Positions 12,788 to 25,561 of a stretch of DNA of 64,000 nt are shown here, one piece after another; within the stretch, counting starts at the first letter, position 1, and each line of letters starts with the position of its first letter. The notes under the pieces are model-generated. The model made no database searches. It worked only from the letters and a program-made list of their open reading frames with translations, and had not been told where the DNA came from. Position numbers and translations under genes: made by a program. This DNA is from Psammoneis japonica. Lineage: Eukaryota. The stretch is taken from assembly GCA_008632985.1 (NCBI GenBank), contig QPGO01000148.1:62001-126000 (forward strand), in the 5' to 3' direction.

Positions 12788-15700
12788 ATGGTGGTCGTTT
12801 TGGGTGCGGCGCTATTGGCTTATCGGTTGTCAAGAAACAACAAGAAGAACAACGAGGAGGACGGGGAAGAACAACAACAACAAGAAGAAGGATTTAAAGC
12901 ATCTGCTGAAGAGTATTTAGAACGAGCAGAAGCTCTCGGGAGAACATCGTCGGATTTTTTGGTTAGAACAGCTCTCAGTTGCACTCGTAGCGATACGACA
13001 AGTACGACGACTCGCGGTGAAGAAGCATCTAGTACGGTATCATCGCACGAGCGACCGTATTATTCACGAGTTCCTAGTCATCATCAACAACAAAAGCAAC
13101 AAGGAAAGAAAAAGAAAATCAGCAAAATGTCTTTTACGTCGGGGAACAACAAGTCACACGAGTCAAATGGGATTGTATGTAACGTAGCTGATGCTGCTGC
13201 TGCTTCACAAGGATCACCAATCACTGATTCGGTTATTCGTCAGGAATGGATTGACGCTGTGTTTGGACCGTCGTTTTTCCCTTCAAAGCTCGATTCGGAT
13301 TATTCTCCACCACGACAGGGAACGGGTCTATCCAATATTGCTCACTATGTCTCGTATGAGGCTCAAATCCCGCCGTGCTCTTCTTCAACAAAACACAGTG
13401 AGGATGGCCATAAAGTTGGTGTTACGCTATCCAAACTTGCATTGGGGATTTATGCGAAACACGTAGCTGCGGGATCAGAAGCACATGCTGCGGGTATCGA
13501 GGAGGGGTCCGTACTGGTGGATATCAACGGGATTGGAATGTTGGCGGAACCGTCCAAGCAAGCTTTGGAACGAATGTGGCAATACGAAGGAATCTCTAAC
13601 AATAGAGACGCAGACAGTGAAGCTGGCTTTCCGATCGTGTTTTTGAAACTCATCAAGAATGGTTCGCTTTATAATGTCGTACTGGCATCGAAGCCACCGT
13701 ATGGTATATCATGGGCATCGTGTGGAAACTTTGCCCTCGTGCAAAAATCCTATTCTCACGCCCTCGACGCCGGAGTTCGACGTGGATCTCTTCTTGCCTC
13801 CATCAATGAGAAATCCATGAGGGATTTCGACATTTCTGGCGCCGCTGCCCAGCTCAAGGAACTCTTTCAATCCGACCAACCCATTCGCATGAGTTTGGTT
13901 TATACTCCAGCGGCCGCTCGTGCTAGTCACTACGAGCGATCTCTGGCAGTATCCGACAGTAGTACGCCACGAAAGAAGCAATCGTCGTCGCCAAGAAAAC
14001 AGCCCATGGTATCGCAAGAAGGAGTCGAGGTTCGTGTTCACCCATTGGAATACAGTATTGGGGCCTTTTTGAATTCGTCCTTTCGAAACGAGGGACCTAC
14101 GACTTCTACAAGGCAAACCACCTATGCGCCATGCCCTGCTGTACAAGCAATCCAAATGTTTGAGAGATGGCCCGTCATTGACGATCTCGGGTACCTTGTC
14201 AGATTCTGTAACGTGTCGTTTAACCAAGACTTGTTCTTGTCCCAACACGTTTTGTTGGAACGGAAGGATCCGGCAGCTGCTCTTGTGCAATGGTTGTCTG
14301 GTACAAAGGACGCGCACCTACTCGTTGGGCCATTCTTGTTGCAATTTCTCGGTACTCTTTGTTTCTCCAAATCGATCAATGATCAAGATGACGAGCACAG
14401 TAAAGGACATGCCGTGGACGACGCGGCTGTCCGTGACGCTAACTTATTGACCCAGTGTCTGCTTGACGTGGTACGTTGTTGGTTGATTGGAGTCGATGTT
14501 TCAGAACGCGTGGCCGCTTTTTTGTAGTTTCGTGCAAAGGTCATTGTCTCACCGAAAAACACCCTCTTCTTTTTAGGCACGAGAAAACAACAGGTTTTGC
14601 CAAAGCTTTTACTTTTTGTTGCGGTCTTATATTGCGACGCTGGAAGAACAGCGGAAAACAATCGGAATGGAAAATACGTCTCGGGGTCTCTTGAGCGTTT
14701 TGCAGACTTTGGACGTACTCAAGTCTGCCGAGAAACAGCTAGTGGAGCAGTTGTCGGATGGTACCAGGGAGGAAACCAATTTGTTGGGAGACGAACTGCA
14801 GACAAAGTCAAATGTGAGCGATGATTCTGGTATGTCGGGTAGAAGCAGTCCGAAAAAGTTGAGCAGTGGCAAGAAAAAGAAATCGCGGCTACGTAGTTTG
14901 TACAGAAAATCCAGCAGCAAGCACCAAAAAGACGCAGATCGGGATGGGAACGAAAAGAAACGGACTAGTCCACAGAAAATTCTGCCCACTCGAGCAGAGT
15001 CGGCACAGTCTGTGCCACCTGCTCAGCTATTGGACAACATGAACAAATTTCTGAGCGAACTGGATGGCATTTGCGATTCGGTTGAACGTTCGCTTTTGAA
15101 GTCCGTCAGCAAGAAAATTACCGAATGGGCCCTGCAGCCGTGGTCATCTTCGAAGGAAACGACCTTGTCGAAGGTGACGGGAATTATGCGGGATGACTTG
15201 AAACGAGTTTCGGGCGTCTCTCCCAAAACGCCTGTGGCCAATCCGTTCAACTCTGGTGAAATGTTTGTTGGTTTGGATAGTAGCGATTCGTGGATTCTAC
15301 CCAGCGCCCATTTCCCGATGCTTCTTTCGTTCGTTGTGAAACAGAACGAATCTAATCCACCTGGGATGGACGCGGAACAAGAGAAATTGCCAGATGCTTC
15401 CTTGGAGGAGTGTTTGCATAGAACGCGTGTTGAGATTGTTGCAGGCTCCATGAAAGGGGAAGAAAAAGATCGCAACCATCAATGTGAACGTCGGTATTTT
15501 GTACAGGGTGCCGTGCGCGGTATAATGAAGGAGTCTGGTCGGAGGTACGTATCTAGTCGCTAACTTGAAAGCTTTAGATTCGCGATGTATGCACTAACAA
15601 TGCCATGAAATGAAATTATTCGCTCAGCGCCGGTGGCGACGGTGCAGGAACTCATTTATGGGAACGAGACAATGTTTTAACCTTTGATACGAGGTCGTTG

Positions 15701-17281
15701 CGGGGAGGAGCACCGAGCACTCTTGCCCTTCGCGTATCGTTGGTTGAGGTTGACAAAGACGGACAGGACCAAGTGGTGAAAACTGACGCCGATGGTAAAT
15801 TGCATTACTCCGCCGTTGTGGGATGGTGTTATGTCGACCTTAGGCCTATGTGGCGAAAACTAGAGAAATTGAAGCGCCAGAAAGGCAGTGGCTTTTCGAC
15901 TGTTACTTGCCATGCTCAGGTGTTGCCCTACGCCGATAATGAGATTGCGTTTGACCAACACGGGGAACTTATTCACGAACCTCTTCCAAAATCATCAGAG
16001 GTACGTTTCGGAAGCGGCTACTCGTTCTCAAGCTGAGAATCCATTTTTTCACCATTAGCTTATGTCGTACTACTTGTAGCGCATCGAACTGCATTTCCGA
16101 GTTACTACCGAGTGTTTAGAGTTCGATCATGGATCGAGCGGCTTTCTTTCTCCCAAGAGAATGCTCCTGTACAAACATGATGACGACTTGAGGCAGGAAT
16201 TGTTTGCAATTGAATTTATGAAGACTTGCGACAATATCCTCAAGGCTTCTGGTTTGGATATGAAACTTCTTACGTTTGAATGCATGCCTGTTGGATCGAA
16301 ACGAGGATTTATTGAATGGTTACCAGGTAGCGTCCCTTTGAGCGATATTTGTGCGCCGAGAAATACATCTCTGGGATCAGAAGACGACAACAGTCGGAGT
16401 AGCGACGGGCAGCAAGGGTCAGCAAATACATGTCTCGACGATGAAGCATCCATATCTGAGATTGCAAGAGCCGGACTGATGAAGTATCAATATTTCCGTG
16501 GTCCACAAACGGAACAGTCGCCGCGCGGGTCGTTCCTTAACAACCCAATTCAAGACTTTTTGCGAAATGCGGCATACGATTCAGAGGCGCCATACATGGT
16601 CCAAAAGGACGTTATGGACACTTATGTGAAGAGCTGCGCTGGATACTGCGTTATTACTTATTTGCTTGTAAGTTGTTTCACTTATTTTCCTCCCGCTGCC
16701 TTCGGTGCACGCAAAGCTCTCATGTTTCTTGTTCCTTTTCTCCAGGGCGTGGGTGACCGCCATTTGGATAACTTGCTAATGCATCAAACTGGTCACTTTT
16801 TCCATTGCGATTTCTCGTTTATCCTCGGGAACGATCCGAAAAAGTATTTGCCAATGAGGTACTGTGTATTGGACGTTTCTCAAAATCATGTTGATGTGCA
16901 GTAGTTCGCTCACTTTGAATGTCTTTGCATTATCTTTTCTCCAGGATTACCGAAGATATGATTCATGGCATGGGAGGCCGGGAAAGTGACAACTATGCAA
17001 TGTTCCTCTCGTTGGCCGGCGCTGCATTCATAGCTCTCCGACGACACGAGAATGTTCGTGTGATTCTTTCCTTGGCGAGGTTAATGGTTTCCTCAGATCT
17101 ACCTGACCTGTCAGTGAATCGCGATCCTTCCATAGTTGTGCTTTCCCTGCGAGACCGCCTCCGTTTAGACCTCAGCGACCATGAGGCCATTACGTTTATG
17201 GAAGAGCTTATTGAAAGCAGTATATCGTCGAAGATGTGGGCTGCAGTTGATGCGCTACACTCGCTTGGGAAGCGTTTCTAG
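12788..17281 (+). CDS. Vps34-like phosphatidylinositol 3-/4-kinase with N-terminal PDZ-like regions; 6 exons
   Basis: Introns 14471-14576, 15545-15627, 16001-16079, 16668-16745 and 16859-16944 are all GT..AG and join the frames. Catalytic motifs [31 protein letters not shown] and HCDFSFILG.DPK. PDZ-like motifs AHAAGIEEGSVLVDING and AGVRRGSLLASIN. Confidence 0.88.
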
Positions 17282-17413
17282 CAACAGTAGAACGCATTCT
17301 TTTAAATTCTGTACTAAGCGACGTCGATCTCTACTCTATTCTTCTCGCACAAAATTGCGCACGTGCGACACGACTTTATCAAATCATAATAGACAAGAGC
17401 GATGATTTTATCG

Positions 17414-18721
17414 TCACAGGGAAGCAAAGAAATCTCTTAGTCGGTGATCCTTGAGCGCCTTTGTAGAGTCGATGGAACAGAATCGTTTGGATTCAACCGA
17501 CTTTTGAAAAGCTGACATGATTTGCTGCTTTCCGTTTTTAGAAATGAAAAGGTTAGGTACCAACTTTGATTCATGTTGCAGTGACAAGTCCAGCAGAGTA
17601 TTCAACTGTTTTACTGACAAGCACTCCAACGGGAACTGCTGCAGTAGAGTATATCCCATATTCTTCTTGACATGTTTCTCAACAGCTTTTCTAGTTTGCG
17701 TCCGATCGAGACGTGATGTGGTAGGAATCAAGCCACTCAGTTTTGCCTCAACGGCGAGCATGTCATGATGCAGATCTTTAGAGGCAGACAAATTCTTGTT
17801 GTTGCCACTCCTCGACTGATCATTCTTAGCAAATTTGCAAATCCGAGCTGCTTCTGGCATTAGCTTGCAGAAGAAACTCGTCAGGTATCCGGCATCATCA
17901 TCATGCATGCTAAGAATTTGAACATCATCAAAGCGATCTTTCCACTTCTCAATTGATGAAACCATTTCATATCCTTGCTCCACAAAGCTGTCAAAGTAGG
18001 CGGAAAAGGAAGGTATGGCTCCTGCTCTTGACTCAGGCCATAATAAAAATCGTTTCTTCTTCTTTCCTCGTGAGCCATTTGGGTTATAGTATTCGTAATA
18101 CCACGAAGGCATCCATTCGTAGAAACGACGATATGTAAAGAGAATACGGACACGCCACTGTTGCCGGTCAACAATGGGCAAGAGGTGCTTCCAGAGGTAC
18201 TCGTCCTCTTGTTTTCCGAAACGAGAGAAGTTCTCATCTGATACGAATACATTACGACCTTGCTTGTAATGGTCTTTCAAAATCAATTCTAGCTCGTCCC
18301 ACCGCAATGAGCGTTCTTCTTTGTTTTCCATGATACATTGAAAGCACAATCCGTGAACGTCTACCAGTGTTTTTCGCCTGTATTCGCCCAAAAAGTAGAT
18401 ATTATCCTCCTTAAGAAGATTCAAATGTTCTCCAGCGTATGATTGAATCGTGGTCGAGCCCGTTTTCGGTGGCCCAACGTGAATAATGAGCAAAGGTCTG
18501 GGAGCGTCGTCATTCCTGGTTTTTCTCTTCACCGGCGTGGGCACACTTGTTCTTGTCGTCGCTTCAGAGTTGATGATGATTGACGACGTGGCGATGTTTC
18601 CTTCATTGTTGAAACACAACATCTCATTCAAGGACGTCCACAACGACCACGAGCACAAAAGGAAAATAGAGAGTAGTGCTACAGGTCGTCTCTTCATGCT
18701 GCTTTCCTCTGTTGAGTTCAT
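17414..18721 (-). CDS. Diatom-type sulfotransferase-like (P-loop) type II membrane protein
   Basis: IHVGPPKTGSTTIQ, VSDENFS and YRRFYEWMPSWY motifs, with an N-terminal TM helix. True start is probably 18721 or 18697; the ORF extension to 19126 lies in mutated DNA. Confidence 0.75.
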   Translation of the reverse strand: MNSTEESSMKRRPVALLSIFLLCSWSLWTSLNEMLCFNNEGNIATSSIIINSEATTRTSVPTPVKRKTRNDDAPRPLLIIHVGPPKTGSTTIQSYAGEHLNLLKEDNIYFLGEYRRKTLVDVHGLCFQCIMENKEERSLRWDELELILKDHYKQGRNVFVSDENFSRFGKQEDEYLWKHLLPIVDRQQWRVRILFTYRRFYEWMPSWYYEYYNPNGSRGKKKKRFLLWPESRAGAIPSFSAYFDSFVEQGYEMVSSIEKWKDRFDDVQILSMHDDDAGYLTSFFCKLMPEAARICKFAKNDQSRSGNNKNLSASKDLHHDMLAVEAKLSGLIPTTSRLDRTQTRKAVEKHVKKNMGYTLLQQFPLECLSVKQLNTLLDLSLQHESKLVPNLFISKNGKQQIMSAFQKSVESKRFCSIDSTKALKDHRLRDFFASL

Positions 18722-19789
18722 AGATGCGCCTTGTATTGACTCTGTCGATGTGTCAAATGATGAAATCGTGTGCTGATGTCTCATGTCTGATGTGCGGTCA
18801 TCGCATGAATGTCCCCAAAAAGACCACAACAATGTTGTCGTTCCGAAATGTCGCAATCGCATCATCACATAACGTGTTGCGTCGCACTGCACCGCGGCAT
18901 GATGTTCCCGCTGCACCATCCCATTTGGGCAATGGCACGGGGAGGGCAATCTTTTGATTGGTTCTGGTTCAACTTCTCTGCTGCAACAGCAAAGTTTCAA
19001 GAGTGGAGAGCATGCGCGTGCAGCACTGACAGCAATGCAGTGACAGCAATGGATGCCCTGCCTGCAGCCTGCAATGAGCAGCAATGGGTGGCAAAGAAAC
19101 AACTCCCCGCCTGGGCCAAAAAGCACTTTTCACTGGGCAGCACAGAGCAAAAACACAGCAGCTTCTGGCCACCACACATTCTCAAAAAATTGCAGACCCT
19201 TCTTTGTCAAAGACCCAGGCGGATTGGCCGCCTCCCAAAAAGGAGATCTGCCCTTCTTGCTGGGTGGAGGTGCGCAGCAGAGAGGGGGGCATCTCACCCA
19301 GGGGCTCTCAGCTCACAACAATTGCAGAGCACAAATGATGCTGGGTTTCTTCAGCAGGGGGCACAGATGCTGCACTGGAGCTCAGCACATTGGGGAGACT
19401 GCACAGCTGCTCGTGTGCTCCTGTGCTTTTGTCGCCCCACAGTGCTCGGAGGTCAACAAACGCTGCTTTTTCTTGGGCACAAGTGCACAAAAGAACAGCT
19501 GGTGCCAAGGCACAACAGCCAGAGCAATGATGTAAAAAGTGCTGTCTGAACAAACAAAGATGAGAGGTGCAAGCTTTCTTTGGCCACAAACAAACCAAGT
19601 GTGCCAACCACCAGCAGCGCTCGCAGCACGTGCCAAACGCTGCGCTGGCCGCACATGTTGATTGCTCGATGTGTTCATGTCTGCTCAGTGCACAAACCAT
19701 TGTCATGTGTGCTTTTGTTTCTGTGTGCTTTGTTCTTCAGCATCAAGTTTCTGCTTCTTGCCAAAATTGCCAATCACCTTGTGAGGCGA

Positions 19790-20075
19790 AAGTCAGCACA
19801 GGTCAACAAAAGTCAACACATGAGCAAACATGAGTCGACAAAAGTAAACACAAGTCAACATGAGTCAACTTGAGTCAACAAAAGTCAATGAGTCAACAAC
19901 AAGCAAAGAAACATCTGTGGACAAACTGACAGTCTTGCATCTTGCTGGGCCTCCTGTGACAAATGTCGCAGATGCAGACAGATTTGCACGGGCGCCACGC
20001 ACACTCAACTTGGCACAGTCAACATGAGTCAACAAAAACCAATCCAAGTCAACATGAGTTAACATGCTTGAGTGA
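19790..20075. repeat. Clusters of ~10-bp AGTCAAC(AAA/ATG) repeats
   Basis: gtcaacaaaagtcaacacatgagcaaacatgagtcgacaaaagtaaacacaagtcaacatgagtcaac... at ~19800-19900, again at ~20017-20065. Confidence 0.75.
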
Positions 20076-22113
20076 AAGCATTTGTGTTTGCTCATGACTT
20101 GATCAATCCAACACTTTTCATTGGCTCAATGGACGTCACCAATTTGTCTGTTGTTGAGATTTAAAAATCACACACACACAAGACTGTGTCAACAAAATTC
20201 ATGGACGGTGCTGCAAGAAAGATGCACCTGCTCCTTGAAAACTTGCCAGCATTGGTCTGTTGTGCCCAGCGTGCTTGAACAGTGCAGCTGGTGTCAAAGC
20301 AGCAGCAAGGTGGAGGACCGTCAACAAAAAGGTGCAGCATGCCAAGAGCTCTGAGACATGCTCAAAAATGACCCCAGCTCTGTAAAAGCAGAGTGTGCTT
20401 TGCCTGGCATGCTTGGCAGCTTTGTCTGGCTCTAACAAATGCCCCTTGCATGGGCCCACTTCCCAACATCAGCTGCCTGCCACTTGCAGCCAATGCATGT
20501 GTTTCTGCACATGTTCCTGTGCCAATGCCGCCTTTCTCAGAAGGTGTTTTGCTGGGTGGTCTCCACAACTCTTTTGGCCCCTTTTGCCATCAGGCATGCC
20601 CTCATGTCAGCTTGATGTGCAACAGTTTTCAGCGGACACAAATGGCGCCAATTCCTTGTGGCTTGCTTGCTTGTTGCCTCATTTGGCAATTTTTTGCATT
20701 TTTGGTGCATTTTTGCACAGGATCCAGCAAAAATGTTCCACAAGCCTCAGAAAGATCCTCCAATTGTCACAACATTTTCAATGCAAACAATTTCCATCCA
20801 TGCCCATCAGCCCCCAACAATTGGTTTTGCTCCTGCTGGCCACTCAAGTTGTTCATCTCATGTGGTGAAAGTGCTGTCCCTCCTGCTGCAGCACTTGCGA
20901 GTGTTTGTTTGGACAAACCATTGGCACATTGCTTGACCATGATCATCCATTTGCACTGGCATCCATTTGCTGCATGGATTGGCATCTCTGCACAGGCTTC
21001 AGCTTCAATTGTGTGTGAGAACAATGTCTCTTCTGATGCCCTTTGTGTCACATCACCAAGGCTTTCTGTGTCACACCCACAAGTCCTGAACACCCCCTTT
21101 TCTGCTTGCAAGCCTGCCAACCTCACTCTGCTCCAAGCAGAGAGCCATTTGCTTTTGTTCCAGTGTGCGCAAATGTGAAGCTCAGCCAGTCTTTGTTGAA
21201 AACAAGGCCCATCCTTGGAAGCAAGGACTTTCTCTCAGAGTTTGCACGGACTTTGAATCCCCTCCTTAACATGGCTGTCCTTTGCTGTGGCAGCTTGGGT
21301 GTTTTGCATCCTCTCCAAAAGAAAGCAACAACCTCGCAAGCTTCTGCCATGCCCCCAGTGGGGTGCACTGGAAGTGCAGGTTGGCCGGTGCCACTGTTGC
21401 TGGGAAAAAGGTGTGACAGCACACTCAAAACTGGGTTTGAGCTTTTTTGTGTGACATGGACCCATGGAATTCCATGGTTTGAGCTCTGCAGTTTGCATGT
21501 TTGGTGGTTTGTCTTCAACATCTGAACAATTGACCAAATTTGTAGCCAGCAGTTTTTGAAGATCTGCCTGCACTGAACAACTGCACAGATGAGGGTCTCT
21601 GCTGTGATCATGAAATCACAGCCATGCTTTGCCATGCTCTTGGGTGGTGTGTGGGAGATGACAAAGTGGAGCCCACTGCAAGAGCAACTTGATTAAAAGT
21701 GAGAGCTGGCAAGAAAACCAAGATGTCAAAGAGTGGGTTCATGATGTGGAGTGCAGACAACAGCAGTTTCTTGGCTTGCCAACGCCATGCTGTGCTGCTG
21801 CAGCTCACATTGTCATGGTGTCCCAAGTGAAAAGCTGGGGACAGCACTAGCAGATGATGGCCACACTGCCAACTTTGCACTTCCAGAGTTTAAAGACTTG
21901 GCAACTGGGGCTGCAATGGGGGTCCAGCTGTCTTTGGCTGCTGGGCAGCAAAGCTGTTTGTGGCAATGGCATGAGAGCAACATGGTTTTGAGCAAATTGG
22001 ATGACCCAGGACAAGATGCGTCAATGTCCCCAAACTGGGCACTGTCCCAACTCCCTGAAACTTGACACGGCAAACAGCTTGGGCTCTCCCTGTTCTCAGC
22101 TGCTGCAGTTCCT

Positions 22114-22672
22114 GCCATTTTGCCCATCAGCCATTTGGCTGACCTTCTGCTCAGCAACGCTTGTGATCAACTTGCCAACTTTGTCAGGGTGCTGTTCATT
22201 GATGGCAGCAAGCCTGCTGGGATTGGGGGGGGGGGAGATGGAAAAAAAATTGTTGCAAACAATGCAAGCAACTTCCAACAAAGCATGTGTTTGCCAGCCA
22301 TTTTGCCCAGCAGCCATTTTTTGCATGATCTTCTGTTCAGCAGCACTTGTGATCAACTTGCAAACTTTGCCAGGGTGCTGTTCATTGATGGCAGCAAGCC
22401 TGCTGGAATTGGGGGGGGGGGGGAGAGATGAAAAAAATTGCTGCAAACAATGCTGGCAACTTCCCAAAAAGCACGTGTTTGCCAGCCATTTTGCCCAGCA
22501 GCCATTTTTTGGCTGACCTTCTGTTCAGCAGCACTTGTGATCAACTTGCAAACTTTGCCAGGGTGCTGTTTGTTGATGGCAGTGAGCCCATTGGGATTGG
22601 ATGGGGGGGGGGGGGGGAGAAAGGAAAATTTTGTTGCAAACAATGCTGGCAACTTCCAAAAGAGCACTTGTT
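22114..22672. repeat. Tandem repeat, ~185 bp x3, with poly-G tracts
   Basis: Units start gccattttgccc at ~22114, ~22297 and ~22485; each carries a long G-run followed by an A-rich stretch. Confidence 0.9.
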
Positions 22673-22979
22673 TGTCACTCTGCAGAAGAGAAACAACAAA
22701 TCCAGATTGGTGCGGTGACCAAGGAACTCAGGGACATTCAGAAGATGTGGGAGGTTGCACGCCTGTTGAGATGAAGAGTCTCCAAGTGCTGGGTGTCTTG
22801 CAGGCTGTGTCACATCTGTTGCCCATCTTGGTTGCCATGACCATCATTGTTGGCCAAAAAGAGACCACAAATGACAGAGGATGCTGCAGCCAAATCAGGG
22901 TCTCTCATCAAGATGAGAGAGGGCAGGAGATGTCAGTGCAAAGCGCGCAGCAACACAAACACCAACAACACCCATGACC

Positions 22980-23390
22980 TCAAATGAACAATGTTTGCAG
23001 TTCAGTTGACAACATCTGCAATGTTTGTGACAAAATTGCACATTTTGGCAAGCAGCGAAGAACAGCGGCCCGGGGGTGCATTGTGACATGTGATGGCAAC
23101 AATCTGTGCAGTTGGCAAGAGTGGCATTCAAAGCTGGGGAGCACAGAGGCAATGGCAACAACACTGTTCATTTTTGAAGAATGGCACATGCAATCAGGGT
23201 GCATTGTGGCAACTGATGACCATGACATCCAAGCTGTTTTGCACTGCGACAAGCAGCCACAACAGCACCCACAACTTTCAAAATGGGCCTGGCTTCAAGG
23301 CCGCCCGCACAGAAAGGTCTTCAAACAAATGCCTTGCAAAGGCAAACTCAATTCAAAGCAACATCAGCATCCTGAATCTTTGCAATAAAT
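22980..23390 (+). pseudogene. Possible Mutator-type transposase fragment
   Basis: CNVC..NLCS..GSTEAMA..IF..GCIVATDD.DIQAVL..KGKL loosely resembles the CxxC...GSSxxME...IxxDxDS pattern of Mutator-like transposases; weak. Confidence 0.25.
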
Positions 23391-23853
23391 GAAGTGAACA
23401 CAGTGTCAGGTCAAGGTGTTGAATGACTCTCTTCCAGCCTCTCTCCAGAGGCTCTCTCCTTGTGGCAAAAACCAGCCAGTGTGTTGCTCTGCACGCCAGT
23501 CGGTCCTGACTCCGGCCGTTCTCTTTCTCCTTGCCTTGGATTGCATCCGAAAAATATGCGATGAATACAACGACTCTCTTTTGCCTCTCAATGTGTTGAA
23601 AAACGAGAAGGGAACGTTCCAGCGTTGGGCATGGCTTGCCTTTGGCAACCATTGTTGCCGACCACACGTACGCAATCGTCGTTCGCGTCTCATCGCGCGC
23701 TATCTTATCCCGCGGTTTTTTGCGTCGAAAACCCAAAACACGGATCAGCGCAATAAAACAAACAGCACAACACTCAATAACACAATAACACGCTACACGC
23801 TCACTCCAAAACACGAAACTGAACACAACGACAACCGAAGCAGAACACACAAT

Positions 23854-24905
23854 ATGGCTTCTCTGTTGAACGTGATGCTTGTCGGACGACAATATTCCGG
23901 AGACGTCCAAGTAGTACGGGATCTCATCGAAAACAGCGGTTCTGATGTGAACTTTTCGGATGACGACGGAAGAACTCCGCTTGCCGCCGCCGTTCACGGT
24001 CAAGATGTTCCAATGGTTCGCCTCTTGTTGGAAAATGGAGCACAAGTGAACGCTCAGGTGAGACTAGGGCTATTCATTGGAAAAGAGGGAGTCGACGACG
24101 CGCACGGGACGGCTCTCCACATGGCCGCCTATCTCGGAAATGAGCAAATTGTGGAGCTGCTCGTGTCTCGTGGTGCCGAGACGAGCGTCAATGCAAGAGA
24201 TAGGCATCTGTCGGGATGCCTATTTTTCCACATGCGCAAACGCCCTTGCATTATGCGAGTAAACTAGGTCACGTAGTGATTGCTGCCTTGCTCATCGGAA
24301 ACGGTGCGGACATGCACGCAACAGACGGTTTTGGCAGGACACCGCTTGTAGTCGCCATCGATCATCGACAAACAGCAATGGTGCGAGCCTTGCTGTTCCA
24401 TGGCGCTGATGTCAATTATCAAAAGAAAGAGAATGCGAAGACGCCATTGATTCATGCTTGCATTACGAAGGTTTTAGGCAGCATCAATGATGACATTAGC
24501 GATGACTACAGCAGCGACGAGGACATTTCTCTCGAATTTCCTAGGCTCCTCTTGGAGGCGGGCGCCAATGCGTCACAGCCAGGACCAGCGGGCTACACAC
24601 CACTGCATCATGCTAGTTTTCAAGAAGACAATGAACACCTTGTGTATCTCTTGCTGCAACACAATGCCAATCTGTACGCAAAAGACATAATCTCGAGAAC
24701 TCCTCTGGACTGGGCTGTCTCACTCGGAAGAAAGACTATGGCGTCAATTCTTGTGACTCATCATTGCCGCGATCTTGAAGTCCTGTCGAATATGCCGACA
24801 GCTCTGTGGCCCCATGTCCTGGCCAGGACGGCCAATTCCACGTCACCGGTAGACGTCATGTACAAATTGATCAAGGACAAGCCACATCTTGTCATTCGTG
24901 ACTAG
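23854..24905 (+). CDS. Ankyrin-repeat protein with one frameshift at ~24223-24228
   Basis: Repeated GRTPL, GTALHMAA, QTPLHYA and GYTPLHHA ankyrin motifs across ORFs 23416..24267 and 24216..24905; ATG at 23854. Confidence 0.85.
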
Positions 24906-25561
24906 AATAGGCCCTCTAGTAGAAGCCGGAAATGACAATATGGTACTAGAGGGATCGATGGTTCGGCTATATAATAAGAGCGAGGAGAGTCATCCATCCA
25001 GGTTAACATAGAATTTGTTTGTTTACTTCAATAAAGGAAACTATCCCAACCCTTATTCCTGAGCGTGAAGCTACCGGTAGAATGTGAACGAAGAACTCTA
25101 GGCCCTATACTTATCAAGATGACGACTTTGTTTCAGTAACTCAAGGATGACTACATTATCAAATGAAGTCTGCTTGCCAAACTACTGTATCAAAGGGAAG
25201 TCTTTTCTGCAACAAAAACATGGGATAACGTACCTCTTTTCTAGATTCTGCAGATTTGAAACCCCGTCACCAAACACACGGCTATAAGCGAAAAAAAAAC
25301 ATCGGTCTTGCATCCGACCTTGGGAGGTGGAATGCCTTCATCTCTCCCATGCGGTATGCGCTACTCTGTGTAATAGTGGCAAAGGTTGGATTCTTCGCCT
25401 TGATTCGCTTGGAAAACAGATGGAATAATTTTGAATCGTTGAAAACTCATCTCTTATTGCTGTGTCAGCTACGTTAGACTTATGCGATGTATAGGTTGAC
25501 TGAAGGAAAAGCTGTACCTGGGAGAAGATAATCCTTTTTCAACAATGCAAAGTCAATCTCT

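Larger units (their letters stand above)
18740..23550. other. TpA/CpG-depleted hypermutated block 2
   Basis: TA nearly absent; CpG also scarce from ~19.0 to 23.4 kb; only Tyr-poor, Cys/His-rich ORFs. Boundaries approximate. Confidence 0.9.

Noticed and set aside
18722..19126. N-terminal extension of the 570-aa ORF
   Set aside because: It lies in stop-poor mutated DNA and is Cys/His-rich. A normal TM-anchored start exists at 18721/18697. The upstream extensions of ORFs 23416 and 31064 are rejected for the same reason.
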